In this document: positions 9,477-18,404 of the stretch, piece after piece
How the letters are laid out: the number at the start of each line of letters is the position of its first letter
How positions within the stretch are numbered: position 1 is the first letter of the stretch
Assembly (NCBI GenBank): GCA_964522045.1
Contig: CAZFSF010000001.1
Coordinates: 1-44,867 of the forward strand
DNA length: 44,867 nt
Origin: an uncultured Desulfobacteraceae bacterium
GTDB lineage: Bacteria; Desulfobacterota; DSM-4660; Desulfatiglandales; Desulfatiglandaceae
Direction: 5' to 3'
Notes under the pieces: model-generated
The model's input: the letters and a program-made list of their open reading frames with translations, nothing else
What the model was told of the DNA's origin: nothing
Databases searched by the model: none
Translations under genes and position numbers: made by a program

Positions 9477-10979
9477 CTAATTTGAATTGAGCTTTCTCAA
9501 AACGGACTTGGCTGCCGACATCCCGGCCTGTAGTGTGGGCTGAAACCCACAATCGCCGATCCATCCGCTGGCGAAATAGAGGCCTCCAATGGGAGAATAA
9601 CGTCCCGGCTGAAAAAACATGGCGTCTTTGGTATATTGCTCAAACCCGTAAATCGCACCATTAGGATGCCCTAAATACCGCATGTGGGTCAAGGGCGTTG
9701 CCACCTCAACTTCTTCTATATGTTTCCTGACCTCCGGAAAGATCGCTTCGATCCGGCGTAACATGGATTCCGCGCATTGGTATTTTACCCTGTGATACTG
9801 TGACGGGGGTATGCGCATCCAGGGCTCGCCGTATTTCAGGGTAACAACGTTTGCCTGGCACGTTCCTGGAGGTGAAAAATCCGGGTCAGACACATCGTAG
9901 CAACTCAGAACCATGGTTTCGTCACTGATATCCACACGCCGCATAGGATTGAGTACCCTATCCGTGGCATCGACACCATCGAGCAGAAAGTTTGTTGTTT
10001 CAGTAATCCCCAACTCACCCGGCTCACAATCAAATCCTATAAACATGGTAAAGGCCGAGGGGCTGAGACTCCGACCCCCCATTTCCCTGAGGACCTCGTC
10101 GGGGACCTCTTCAGAGTCAATAAGCTGTGTATATGTGGTTACCTGCGATGCATTAGAGACCACATATTTCGTCTCTATATGATCACCATCTTCCGTTACT
10201 ACACCCTGAACAGCACCGTTTTCCACTATTATCTTTTTCACCCCGCAATTGAAACGGGCAGTCCCCCCATGTGAAAGGAATTTATTTGTTATTGCATTGG
10301 AAAGGGCCTGAGAACCGCCCTTAATGTGAAACGGTTTGAATTCTATATAGACAAAAAAGAGCATGGCAAAATAGGCAAAGGATAAACGGTTAGGCGGTAA
10401 CCCCAGATACCCCCAGTAAACGGACAGGAGGTTCTTCAACAGTGGATCGGAGAAAATATCATCCATCACCTCACTGGCGGGCTTGAAAGCGTACTTATAA
10501 AGAGCCGGATATTTCTCACGGGAAGGAGAAGGGTCTTTGAAAAAAAAAGCGGCTAACATCTCGTTGGCATATTTATAGGCCAGATCAAAGAACCTGTTAA
10601 TGGCCTCTTTCTGGTGAGGGAATTTTTCCTCAAGCACGGAAATAACCTGGTTTCTGTCTGCCTTGAGTGCCAGTCTGAAGCCATCGGGCAGCCATACACT
10701 GAAGAGGTCTGACATTTCCACAAATTCCAGGTCATCAAGTACCCCGAGGCTGCCCAGGGACATCCTGAGGGGTCCTGGTTTTTCAGGCGTTCCCATTCCG
10801 CTGAGCTGGTGAAGCGCAACCTCAAACTCAAACCGACCTCTACAGAAGCTGGTGGCGCAACCTCCCGGAATATTGTGCCGTTCCAACAACAGGACATTGA
10901 GGCCTTTCCGTGCTAAGCCCGCCGATGCGGTAAGACCCCCGTTACCCGCACCGATCACTACTGCGTCATACTTTTCCAT
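9477..10979 (-). CDS. NAD(P)/FAD-dependent oxidoreductase, phytoene desaturase (CrtI)-family-like
   Basis: N-terminal dinucleotide fold YDAVVIGAGNGGLTASAGLARKGLNVLLLERHNIPGGCATSF. The ~500-aa length is typical of CrtI/RetSat-like amine-oxidase-fold proteins. Confidence 0.7.
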   Translation of the reverse strand: MEKYDAVVIGAGNGGLTASAGLARKGLNVLLLERHNIPGGCATSFCRGRFEFEVALHQLSGMGTPEKPGPLRMSLGSLGVLDDLEFVEMSDLFSVWLPDGFRLALKADRNQVISVLEEKFPHQKEAINRFFDLAYKYANEMLAAFFFKDPSPSREKYPALYKYAFKPASEVMDDIFSDPLLKNLLSVYWGYLGLPPNRLSFAYFAMLFFVYIEFKPFHIKGGSQALSNAITNKFLSHGGTARFNCGVKKIIVENGAVQGVVTEDGDHIETKYVVSNASQVTTYTQLIDSEEVPDEVLREMGGRSLSPSAFTMFIGFDCEPGELGITETTNFLLDGVDATDRVLNPMRRVDISDETMVLSCYDVSDPDFSPPGTCQANVVTLKYGEPWMRIPPSQYHRVKYQCAESMLRRIEAIFPEVRKHIEEVEVATPLTHMRYLGHPNGAIYGFEQYTKDAMFFQPGRYSPIGGLYFASGWIGDCGFQPTLQAGMSAAKSVLRKLNSN

Positions 10980-10987
10980 AACATCTC

Positions 10988-12667
10988 CTATCCCTCTTCC
11001 TTTTTGGCCCTCTCGATCTCCATTTCCCGCAGTTCTCTCCGCAGGACCTTACCTACAGTGCTTTTGGGGAGTTCATCCATGAACTCTACCATTTTGGGCA
11101 CCTTATAAGCAGCCAGCTTTTTCTTGCAAAATGCGATCACCTCCTCTTCAGAAAGGGTCTCCCCCACTCTCGGGACAATAAACGCCTTAACCGTCTCGCC
11201 ACGATAGCTATCAGGTATACCCACTGCGCAGGCTTCCTGTATCCTGGGATGCTCGTAAAGCACCTCATCAATATCCCTCGGATAGATATTGTAGCCACCC
11301 GCAATAATCATGTCCTTTTTCCGGTCTACGATAAAAAGATATCCCTCATCATCCATATAACCGATATCCCCGGTGTACAGCCACCCGTCCCGGATGGCAT
11401 TTTCCGTCTCCTCGGGATTCTTGTAATACCCTTCTGTGACCTGGGGACCCTTGATGAGGATCTCACCCGATTCCCCGAGAGGAAGATCCTTTGTGCCGGT
11501 CTCCACGTCCACAATACGGCAGTCCGTATCCGGAACCGGGACACCCACACTTCCCACCTTGGTCTTTCCCCCCCACGGGTTGGCATGGGTGAGAACGGCG
11601 GTCTCCGTGAGGCCGTAACACTCCACGATACCCACCCCTACTGCCTCATCCCACTGGCGGACGGTCTCCACTGCCAGGGGGGCAGCGCCTGAAAGGCATC
11701 CCTTTACAAAAGAAAAATCGGTCTTGGGGAAGTCAGGATGGTTGAGGACACCCACAAAGATGGTCGGTACGCAGGGGAACCAGTCGGGCCTGTACTTTCG
11801 AGTCATTTCGAGGACAATTCCGGGTTCTGGACGCGGGATCAGAATGAATGTCAGGCCTCTGAAGATGGAGGTATTCATACCGGTCGTGAATCCTGCGATG
11901 TGAAAGACCGGAAAAGTGCCCAACATGCTGTCCTTACCATCCTCTGCATCGTGTATCCACGCCTTTAGCTGCTGAACACAGATACTGCAGTTTCTGTGGG
12001 TAAGCATCACCCCTTTGGATACACCTGTTGTGCCCCCGGTATAGAGAAGAGCGGCCAGGTCGTCGAATAGAACCTCTGCCTTCGGGGCGGTGGGGGGATA
12101 CTTGTTGATGAGGTCCATAAAATCATGAACACCCTCGTTGGGGTCGCTCTTTCTATGCATCTTTTTCTTTACAACGGGGAATAGCTGCTTCTTTGGGAAT
12201 GGGAGATAGTCACGGATATGACAGGCAATTATGGTCTCGATCCCGGTCTTTTCTTTTAATTTGAGCATTCTCGGTACTAAGAGATCAAGACTTATGGCCA
12301 TCTTGGAGTCAGAGTCGTTCAACTGGTGCTCTAATTCACTCTCTGTATAGAGGGGATTGTTCATGACCACCACTGCGCCCAGACGGAATACGGCATAGGA
12401 GGCAATCACTACCTGTGGCATATTGGGAAGCAAGAGTGAGACCTTGTCCCCTTTCCTGATGCCAAGATCAGCCAAGGCCCCGGCAAAACGATTTACCAGT
12501 TCATCGAGTTCCCTGTAGGTGATCTTCTTACCCATCATGATTAGGGCAACCGTATCAGGGAACCTCTTTGCTGTCCTTTCCAGCGCTTCCGGCAAGGTGA
12601 CTTCTTCGTAATCAACGCTGGGCGGGACTCCTTCGGCATAGGCTTTGTGCCAGATTCTCTCTTCCAT
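10988..12667 (-). CDS. Acyl-CoA synthetase (FadD-like AMP-binding enzyme)
   Basis: Motifs LLYTGGTTGVSKGVMLTH, YGLTE and GWLYTGDIGYMDDEGYLFIVDRKKDMI. Track ORF runs to 12694. ATG at 12667 (MEERIWHKAY) is preceded by GGGAGGAAG and is preferred. Confidence 0.85.
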   Translation of the reverse strand: MEERIWHKAYAEGVPPSVDYEEVTLPEALERTAKRFPDTVALIMMGKKITYRELDELVNRFAGALADLGIRKGDKVSLLLPNMPQVVIASYAVFRLGAVVVMNNPLYTESELEHQLNDSDSKMAISLDLLVPRMLKLKEKTGIETIIACHIRDYLPFPKKQLFPVVKKKMHRKSDPNEGVHDFMDLINKYPPTAPKAEVLFDDLAALLYTGGTTGVSKGVMLTHRNCSICVQQLKAWIHDAEDGKDSMLGTFPVFHIAGFTTGMNTSIFRGLTFILIPRPEPGIVLEMTRKYRPDWFPCVPTIFVGVLNHPDFPKTDFSFVKGCLSGAAPLAVETVRQWDEAVGVGIVECYGLTETAVLTHANPWGGKTKVGSVGVPVPDTDCRIVDVETGTKDLPLGESGEILIKGPQVTEGYYKNPEETENAIRDGWLYTGDIGYMDDEGYLFIVDRKKDMIIAGGYNIYPRDIDEVLYEHPRIQEACAVGIPDSYRGETVKAFIVPRVGETLSEEEVIAFCKKKLAAYKVPKMVEFMDELPKSTVGKVLRRELREMEIERAKKEEG

Positions 12668-12924
12668 AGGCTTCCTCCCTTCTAAGTACCTCAAGTGAAC
12701 TGAAATTATGGAAATTCCTTAATATCTAAGCCTTTGGCGTTTGAAAAGAAGTTATAAAGACCAAAAGGATCATCTTTGGATTTTGATTCCCGAAAAACGT
12801 TTCGAATTTTCAGGTATCCCTAAATGTTGAACTCCCTTTTCTACACGGTTTTTGGAAATAACTTTAACCGGTCAACCTTTAAGCGCTAACTCCAATTTTA
12901 GGCATTTTAGCTCACTTTAGGCAC

Positions 12925-14079
12925 TTATCTACTCCGTAACTTCTTCATGAGTTCCCCAATGATAATAAGTTTCTGGATCTGGTTGGTGCCTGCACCGAAT
13001 TCGATCCCTTTTACATCACGGTACATCCTCTCAATGGGGAACTCTCTGATAAACCCATATCCCCCAAAGATCTGCACGGCCTTTCCCACGGCCTCCACAC
13101 CTACTTCCGCGCAGAAAAGCTTTGCATAGGATGCCTCAAGCCTGACCCTTTTTCCGGAGTCGGCCATTGATGCGGCCCAGTAGGCCAGAATCCTCCCTGC
13201 CTGAATCCTGGTCGCCATATCCGCTAACATATCCTGAATCATCTGGAAGCTGACGATGGGCGCCCCGAACTGAACCCGCTCCGAGGCGTACTTGAATGCC
13301 AGATCAAAGGCCCCCTGGGCCACTCCGATGGGGGCGATGGAATAAATGATCCTCTCCCGGTCAAGACCGCTCATCAGGACCCTGACCCCTTTGTTCTCTT
13401 CTCCCAAGAGATTTTCTGCCGGGACTTCACAATCTTCAAAGATCAACTCACCCGTAGGAGAACCCCGCACACCCATCTTTTTCAGGGTCTTTCCTGTAGA
13501 AAACCCGGGGAATCCCTTCTCCACAATAAAGGCGGATATCCCGTTCTGACCGGCCTCAGGATCGGTCTTGGCATATACGACTACCACGTCGGCTAAGGGC
13601 CCGTTCGTAATAAACATCTTGGTGCCGTTTAGGATATACCTGTCCCCTTTTCTTTCTGCCCGGGTCCTGAGGGAGAGCGCGTCAGACCCGGCCTCTGGTT
13701 CGGTGATGGCCAGGGCTCCTACCTTCTTTCCCTGGATGAGGTCGGGCAGGTACTTGCGTCTCTGAGCCTCATTACCATTTCTGTAAATATTCTCGGTACA
13801 GAGAATCGCGTGGGCCCCATATGTGTTACCGGTTGAAACGCATCCCCTCATTATTTCTTCCATTACAAGAACGCAGGAAAAAAAATCTGTGCCGCTTCCA
13901 CCATACTCTTCGGGGATCGGCATCCCGAATAGACCCATTTCGGCCATCGCCTTAAAGTTTTCTTCGGGGAACCTCTCCTCTTCATCTATCTCCCCAGCAA
14001 GAGGAATAATATCCTTCTCCACGAACTTAGCAACCGTCTCTTTCAACATCCTCTGTTCTTCTGTAAGCTCGAAGTTCAT
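12925..14079 (-). CDS. Acyl-CoA dehydrogenase (short/branched-chain type, 384 aa)
   Basis: ITEPEAGSDA and QIFGGYGFIREFPIERMYRD ACAD signatures. The N-terminus MNFELTEEQRMLKETV is typical of the family. RBS is TAGGAGGA. Confidence 0.9.
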   Translation of the reverse strand: MNFELTEEQRMLKETVAKFVEKDIIPLAGEIDEEERFPEENFKAMAEMGLFGMPIPEEYGGSGTDFFSCVLVMEEIMRGCVSTGNTYGAHAILCTENIYRNGNEAQRRKYLPDLIQGKKVGALAITEPEAGSDALSLRTRAERKGDRYILNGTKMFITNGPLADVVVVYAKTDPEAGQNGISAFIVEKGFPGFSTGKTLKKMGVRGSPTGELIFEDCEVPAENLLGEENKGVRVLMSGLDRERIIYSIAPIGVAQGAFDLAFKYASERVQFGAPIVSFQMIQDMLADMATRIQAGRILAYWAASMADSGKRVRLEASYAKLFCAEVGVEAVGKAVQIFGGYGFIREFPIERMYRDVKGIEFGAGTNQIQKLIIIGELMKKLRSR

Positions 14080-14104
14080 CAGGGTCCTCCTATGTCATAC
14101 ACCA

Positions 14105-15475
14105 TCAATATTCGTCATCTTCTTCTTCATCCTCGTCCGGCAAGAACCTGCTTATAAAATCCGTATTGAAATCGCCCGCCCGGAACTGAGAATCATCCAT
14201 GACCTTGAGATAAAGCGGAATGGTGGTTTTAACCGGTTCTATCTTGAATTCTTCAAGGGCCCTCCTCATAATGCGAATGGCCCCGTTCCTTGTCAGGTCG
14301 TAGGAAATGAGTTTGGCGATCAGGGAGTCATAGAATATGGGGAGTTCGTAGCCCTGGTAGAGATGTGTGTCTAACCTGACGCCAAAACCTCCGGGGGGAT
14401 GATATTCTTCTATTGTCCCGGGCGATGGAGCGAAATTTCTGTCCGGATCTTCCGCATTAATCCGGCATTCAATGGCCCAGCCTCTCTTGTTGAGATCATC
14501 GAAACAATATTCAAGATTTTCACCCGATGCCAGCCGTATCTGTTCTTTTATCAGATCTATACCGGTTGTCATTTCCGTGACCGGGTGTTCAACCTGTATC
14601 CGGGCGTTGATCTCCATGAAATAGAAATTGTTGCTTCCATCTACCAGAAACTCCACAGTGCCCGCATTGAAGTAGTTCACTGCCCTTGCCGCAGCCACGG
14701 CTGCGTTTCCCATGGTCTCCCTCATTTGGGCCGATAGCGCGGGAGATGGCGATTCTTCGATAAGCTTCTGGAATCGTCTTTGAATAGTGCACTCCCGCTC
14801 ACCTAAATGAACAACCTTGCCGGAACTGTCCGCTAAGATCTGGAATTCTATATGCCTCGGATCCACAATAAATTTTTCGATATATAGTTCATCTCTTCCG
14901 AAGGAGGCGCGAGCCTCCATCTTTGCCACGGGGAATTCTTCGAGGAGAATATCTTGATCCTCGCAAATCCTGATGCCCCGCCCTCCGCCTCCCCCTGAAG
15001 CCTTGACCATAACGGGATAACCGATCTCCCTGGACAGTCCAACGGCTTCCTCAACGTCAGTTACCCCACCGGAACTGCTCGGAATAACACGGACACCCAC
15101 CTCCTTCATTATGTTCTTAGCCGTGATCTTGTCACCTGCCAATTGCAGGTTTTCAGGTGTGGGACCGATAAAGACCAAGCCAGAGTCTTCACACGCCCTG
15201 GCAAATTCCTCGCTTTCCGCCAAGTATCCGTATCCGGGATGAACAGCGTCAGATCCAGTCTCTCTTGCGGCCTTCAAAATATTCCCTATATTCAGGTAAC
15301 TTTTTCCGCTGATTGGCGGGCCTATGCATATGCTTTCATCAGCAAGTGAGAGATGAAGAGATGCCTCATCTGCCTCTGAATAGACCGCGACTGTCTTGAT
15401 CTCTAATTCCCTGCAGGCCCGAATAACCCGGAGTGCAATTTCACCCCTGTTTGCAACGAGTATTTTTGAGAACAT
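14105..15475 (-). CDS. Biotin carboxylase subunit of a biotin-dependent acyl-CoA carboxylase (AccC-like)
   Basis: MFSKILVANRGEIALRVIRACRELEIKTVAVYSEAD plus ATP-grasp core (GYPVMVKASGGGGGRGIR, MEINARIQVEHPVTE). Confidence 0.9.
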   Translation of the reverse strand: MFSKILVANRGEIALRVIRACRELEIKTVAVYSEADEASLHLSLADESICIGPPISGKSYLNIGNILKAARETGSDAVHPGYGYLAESEEFARACEDSGLVFIGPTPENLQLAGDKITAKNIMKEVGVRVIPSSSGGVTDVEEAVGLSREIGYPVMVKASGGGGGRGIRICEDQDILLEEFPVAKMEARASFGRDELYIEKFIVDPRHIEFQILADSSGKVVHLGERECTIQRRFQKLIEESPSPALSAQMRETMGNAAVAAARAVNYFNAGTVEFLVDGSNNFYFMEINARIQVEHPVTEMTTGIDLIKEQIRLASGENLEYCFDDLNKRGWAIECRINAEDPDRNFAPSPGTIEEYHPPGGFGVRLDTHLYQGYELPIFYDSLIAKLISYDLTRNGAIRIMRRALEEFKIEPVKTTIPLYLKVMDDSQFRAGDFNTDFISRFLPDEDEEEDDEY

Positions 15476-15510
15476 GATTTAACCTTATGGTAACCGTTCA
15501 CGGGTTCAAA

Positions 15511-15544
15511 GGTTTCCCGCTTAAAGCGGGATTCAGGGTTGACC
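15511..15544. repeat. REP-like hairpin element, copy 2
   Basis: ggtttcccgcttaaagcgggattcagggttgacc has the same stem as the element at 7392-7423. It lies in the 107-nt gap between the BCCP and biotin carboxylase genes. Confidence 0.5.
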
Positions 15545-15582
15545 AAAAACCTAAGCCGATACAATCCCGAACCACTTAACGC

Positions 15583-15849
15583 TTACCCTTTCTCTAAAAC
15601 AAACATGAGATCATTATCCTTCAGAGGGGTCTCATCCTCGGCAATTATCTCTACGATCTTGCCGTTGGCCGGGGACTTGACCTTCTGGAATACCTTCATT
15701 GTCTCCAAAAGTGCCAGCACCTGTTTCTTTTTGACCGTATCCCCCACTGCCACATATGGCGGCTGGTCCGGAGACGGTCTCATGTAAAACACGCCGGACA
15801 TGGGGGCTCTCACCTCAAGCTTTTTAGTGCTATTGTCGGATGCGTCCAT
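15583..15849 (-). CDS. Biotin carboxyl carrier protein (stand-alone biotinyl domain, 88 aa)
   Basis: Biotinyl-lysine motif LLETMKVFQKV (E-x-MK) within a lipoyl/biotinyl-type domain (APMSGVFY...GDTVKKKQVL...GKIVEI). Confidence 0.8.
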   Translation of the reverse strand: MDASDNSTKKLEVRAPMSGVFYMRPSPDQPPYVAVGDTVKKKQVLALLETMKVFQKVKSPANGKIVEIIAEDETPLKDNDLMFVLEKG

Positions 15850-15911
15850 TTATTTCTTCTTCTCCTCTTCTTATTCTCAATCGTGTGTCATGTGGATCCA
15901 GCAGGAATTAC

Positions 15912-16781
15912 TCACGCAGAGCGCAGGCCAAGAATCTCGCGGGCTTCAGCCGGGCCCGCAATCTCCCGCCCCACTTCACGAACTATATCTGCTAAGGCCT
16001 CCACAAGCTCTCCGTTGTTCTTGGCCTTTTCACTATTAGGCAGATAAAAGGTGTCCTCAAGACCGGTCCTTACATTCCCTCCGAGTTCCACGCATTTGCG
16101 GTGAAGATCCCATATCTCTTTCCGTCCCACGGCGATAACCTGATAATGGGTGCCATCGATCATCTCCTCAACAAGGAGCGGGAGCCACTCGGGTTTAGCG
16201 GGCATGCCGCTTGCGACACCCATCACGCAGGAGATATGGGGGTCTCCTTCAAACATCCCGTTCCGCTTGAAAAGACCGACGCTCCGCACAATCCCGGAGT
16301 CAAAACACTCAAACTCTGGCACGACCCCGTTAGCCGTCATGACGTCAAGAAACTGTTTGACCTTTTCCACCGGATTGTCAAAGAGCGTCGGGGGCCACGC
16401 CCATGACCCATCGCTCCTCATTTTGAGATAGTTTAGCGAACCGGCATTGCATGCAGCCATTTCAGGTTTAAATTTTTCAAGACAGGCCACGGGACCTGAG
16501 ATGTCAGGACCTACCACTCCCGTGCTCATGCATATGATGATTTCCGGCACACGGTCTTTTATGGCCTCAAGGATATCTCCCACCGTATCAAGATCCCATG
16601 TGGGCAAGTGTCCCATCCCTTCTCCCTGGTTCCTGAAATGACAGTGGACAATAGTGGCGCCGGCATTAAATGCCTGTTCCGCATGGTCAGCCATCTCCTC
16701 AGGCGTGACAGGCACATTATGGATCGCCGGATCAGTAAGCAGCCCTGTCAGAGCACAGGTTATAACAGTCTTTGCACGCAT
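15912..16781 (-). CDS. BKACE family enzyme (beta-keto acid cleavage enzyme / 3-keto-5-aminohexanoate cleavage-like, DUF849)
   Basis: N-terminus VITCALTGLLTDPAIHNVPVTPEEMADHAEQAFNAGATIVHCHFRN and the ~290-aa length match my recollection of DUF849/Kce proteins. Confidence 0.75.
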   Translation of the reverse strand: MRAKTVITCALTGLLTDPAIHNVPVTPEEMADHAEQAFNAGATIVHCHFRNQGEGMGHLPTWDLDTVGDILEAIKDRVPEIIICMSTGVVGPDISGPVACLEKFKPEMAACNAGSLNYLKMRSDGSWAWPPTLFDNPVEKVKQFLDVMTANGVVPEFECFDSGIVRSVGLFKRNGMFEGDPHISCVMGVASGMPAKPEWLPLLVEEMIDGTHYQVIAVGRKEIWDLHRKCVELGGNVRTGLEDTFYLPNSEKAKNNGELVEALADIVREVGREIAGPAEAREILGLRSA

Positions 16782-16816
16782 CTTATCCCCCTTTGATAAT
16801 TGAATATTAACAATCC

Positions 16817-18373
16817 CTATATCGGTGACGTACTATGATTTTTTGCCCTTTTGGGGAGCTCCTCTTCCTTGTTCTCTGTTATCTCCAGGGCCTCGATGAT
16901 CTTTTTGCGTGTATCTTTGGGGAGGATGATTTCATCTACAATCTGAGAGGTCCATGTGCGACCCACTTCAAAGGCATCCACCTTTTCCCTGGACCTCCCC
17001 AGGTAGGACTCGTAGGCGTCTTCCTCGATCCCTTTCCCGTAAGCCTGCCGGTAATCTAATTGAGAGGCCTCAACCGCAAACCGGGCTATGGGCCAGGCAT
17101 AGACAAGATCGGCGCCCATGCTTTTGAGACCTCCCATAATCATGCTCCCTGCGTCGGCATAGGCCTCCCGCAGGACCACGCTTATCTTGGGCACCGTGGC
17201 AGTGGCGTAGACGTCGGAGATCTTGCCCACATGTCTGATCAGACCCCTTGCCTCATCTGACTCTCCGGGCACCACTGGGGGGGTATCCACCAGATTCACC
17301 AGGGGGATATTATAGGCATCAAGGGCCTGCAGAAATCGGTAATATTTGTCACAGGAATCCGGGTTCAGGATGCTGCCCGGATAGAGGGGATTATTGGCCA
17401 CCAGTCCCACAACCTGTCCGTTAAACCGGCAAAAACAGGTGATCAGATTCTTGGCATACTCATCCTTGATCTCAAAGTATTCTCCGTCATCCACGATATG
17501 CCCGATGACATCATGCATGTCGTAGGTCTTGTCATACTTGTCGGGAACAAGATCGGCCAAGGCTTCCACTTCCCGGTCAGGATCGTCGGTCCGTGCCCAA
17601 CGGGGAGGGGCTTCCCTGAAACTCTGGGGGAGGTAGCTGAGCAGTCGTCTGCATTGATGGATTGATTCCTCATCCGTATCCCCCACAAGGTCACAGCTTC
17701 CACTGAGCTGCATGTGATAATCCGCGCCCCCAACGTTCTTATCAATGACTTCGGATGTGGCAGCCTGGGTCTGCCTGGGGCCTCCCAGCCACATGTTGCC
17801 GGAGTTTCTGCTGATGATCAGGAAGTCGCAAAGGGCCGGAATATATGCCCCTCCGGCAATACAGGGACCCATGAGCACGGTGATCTGAGGAATAACGCCG
17901 GAATACACGGACTGTATCCTGAACTGCCATTCTATGCCGGCCATGGGGACGTCCCTGTACCCGAGCCTGCCCCCTGAGGAGTCAAGAAGGATTACATAGG
18001 GGATCCTCCACATGGCGGCCATTTCGAGCGGCCTGGAAAATTTTAGCATATGCTGAGCTCCTACAGATCCGCCCAAGACCGTAAAGTCGCTCGCGTGAAC
18101 CATGATCATACGGCCGTTGACCTTGGCCGTGCCGACCACTGCACCGTCGCAGGGGGCCTCCGGTATCTGCCCGTCAATACGCATGCTGGTGGTGCCTACG
18201 GAGGAGCCTAATTCCTTAAAGGTCCCAGAGTCAATCAGGGCCTCAATCCTCTCACGGGCCGAGAGCTTGCCACGCTTATGCTGTCTTTCCATATGCTTGG
18301 CGCCTCCGCCCTGGAGGTTTTTCTCCTGGATCTCATGATATCTCTTAACGGCCTCTTCCATTCTCTTGCCCAT
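16817..18373 (-). CDS. Acyl-CoA carboxylase carboxyltransferase subunit (PccB/MccB-family), paralog 1
   Basis: 518 aa. QHKRGKLSARERIEALIDSGTFKELGS and two crotonase-like carboxyltransferase halves are typical of the 12S/beta-chain family. Confidence 0.9.
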   Translation of the reverse strand: MGKRMEEAVKRYHEIQEKNLQGGGAKHMERQHKRGKLSARERIEALIDSGTFKELGSSVGTTSMRIDGQIPEAPCDGAVVGTAKVNGRMIMVHASDFTVLGGSVGAQHMLKFSRPLEMAAMWRIPYVILLDSSGGRLGYRDVPMAGIEWQFRIQSVYSGVIPQITVLMGPCIAGGAYIPALCDFLIISRNSGNMWLGGPRQTQAATSEVIDKNVGGADYHMQLSGSCDLVGDTDEESIHQCRRLLSYLPQSFREAPPRWARTDDPDREVEALADLVPDKYDKTYDMHDVIGHIVDDGEYFEIKDEYAKNLITCFCRFNGQVVGLVANNPLYPGSILNPDSCDKYYRFLQALDAYNIPLVNLVDTPPVVPGESDEARGLIRHVGKISDVYATATVPKISVVLREAYADAGSMIMGGLKSMGADLVYAWPIARFAVEASQLDYRQAYGKGIEEDAYESYLGRSREKVDAFEVGRTWTSQIVDEIILPKDTRKKIIEALEITENKEEELPKRAKNHSTSPI

Positions 18374-18404
18374 TATTGCATTACCTCCATTCTCGGACAG
18401 TCTC

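Noticed and set aside
12880-12924. ttaggcattttagctcactttaggcac looked like a sigma54 -24/-12 element (GG..GC)
   Set aside because: The GG-to-GC spacing is 9 nt, not the 12 nt required by TGGCAC-N5-TTGC. The element is also on the plus strand, with no downstream plus-strand gene.
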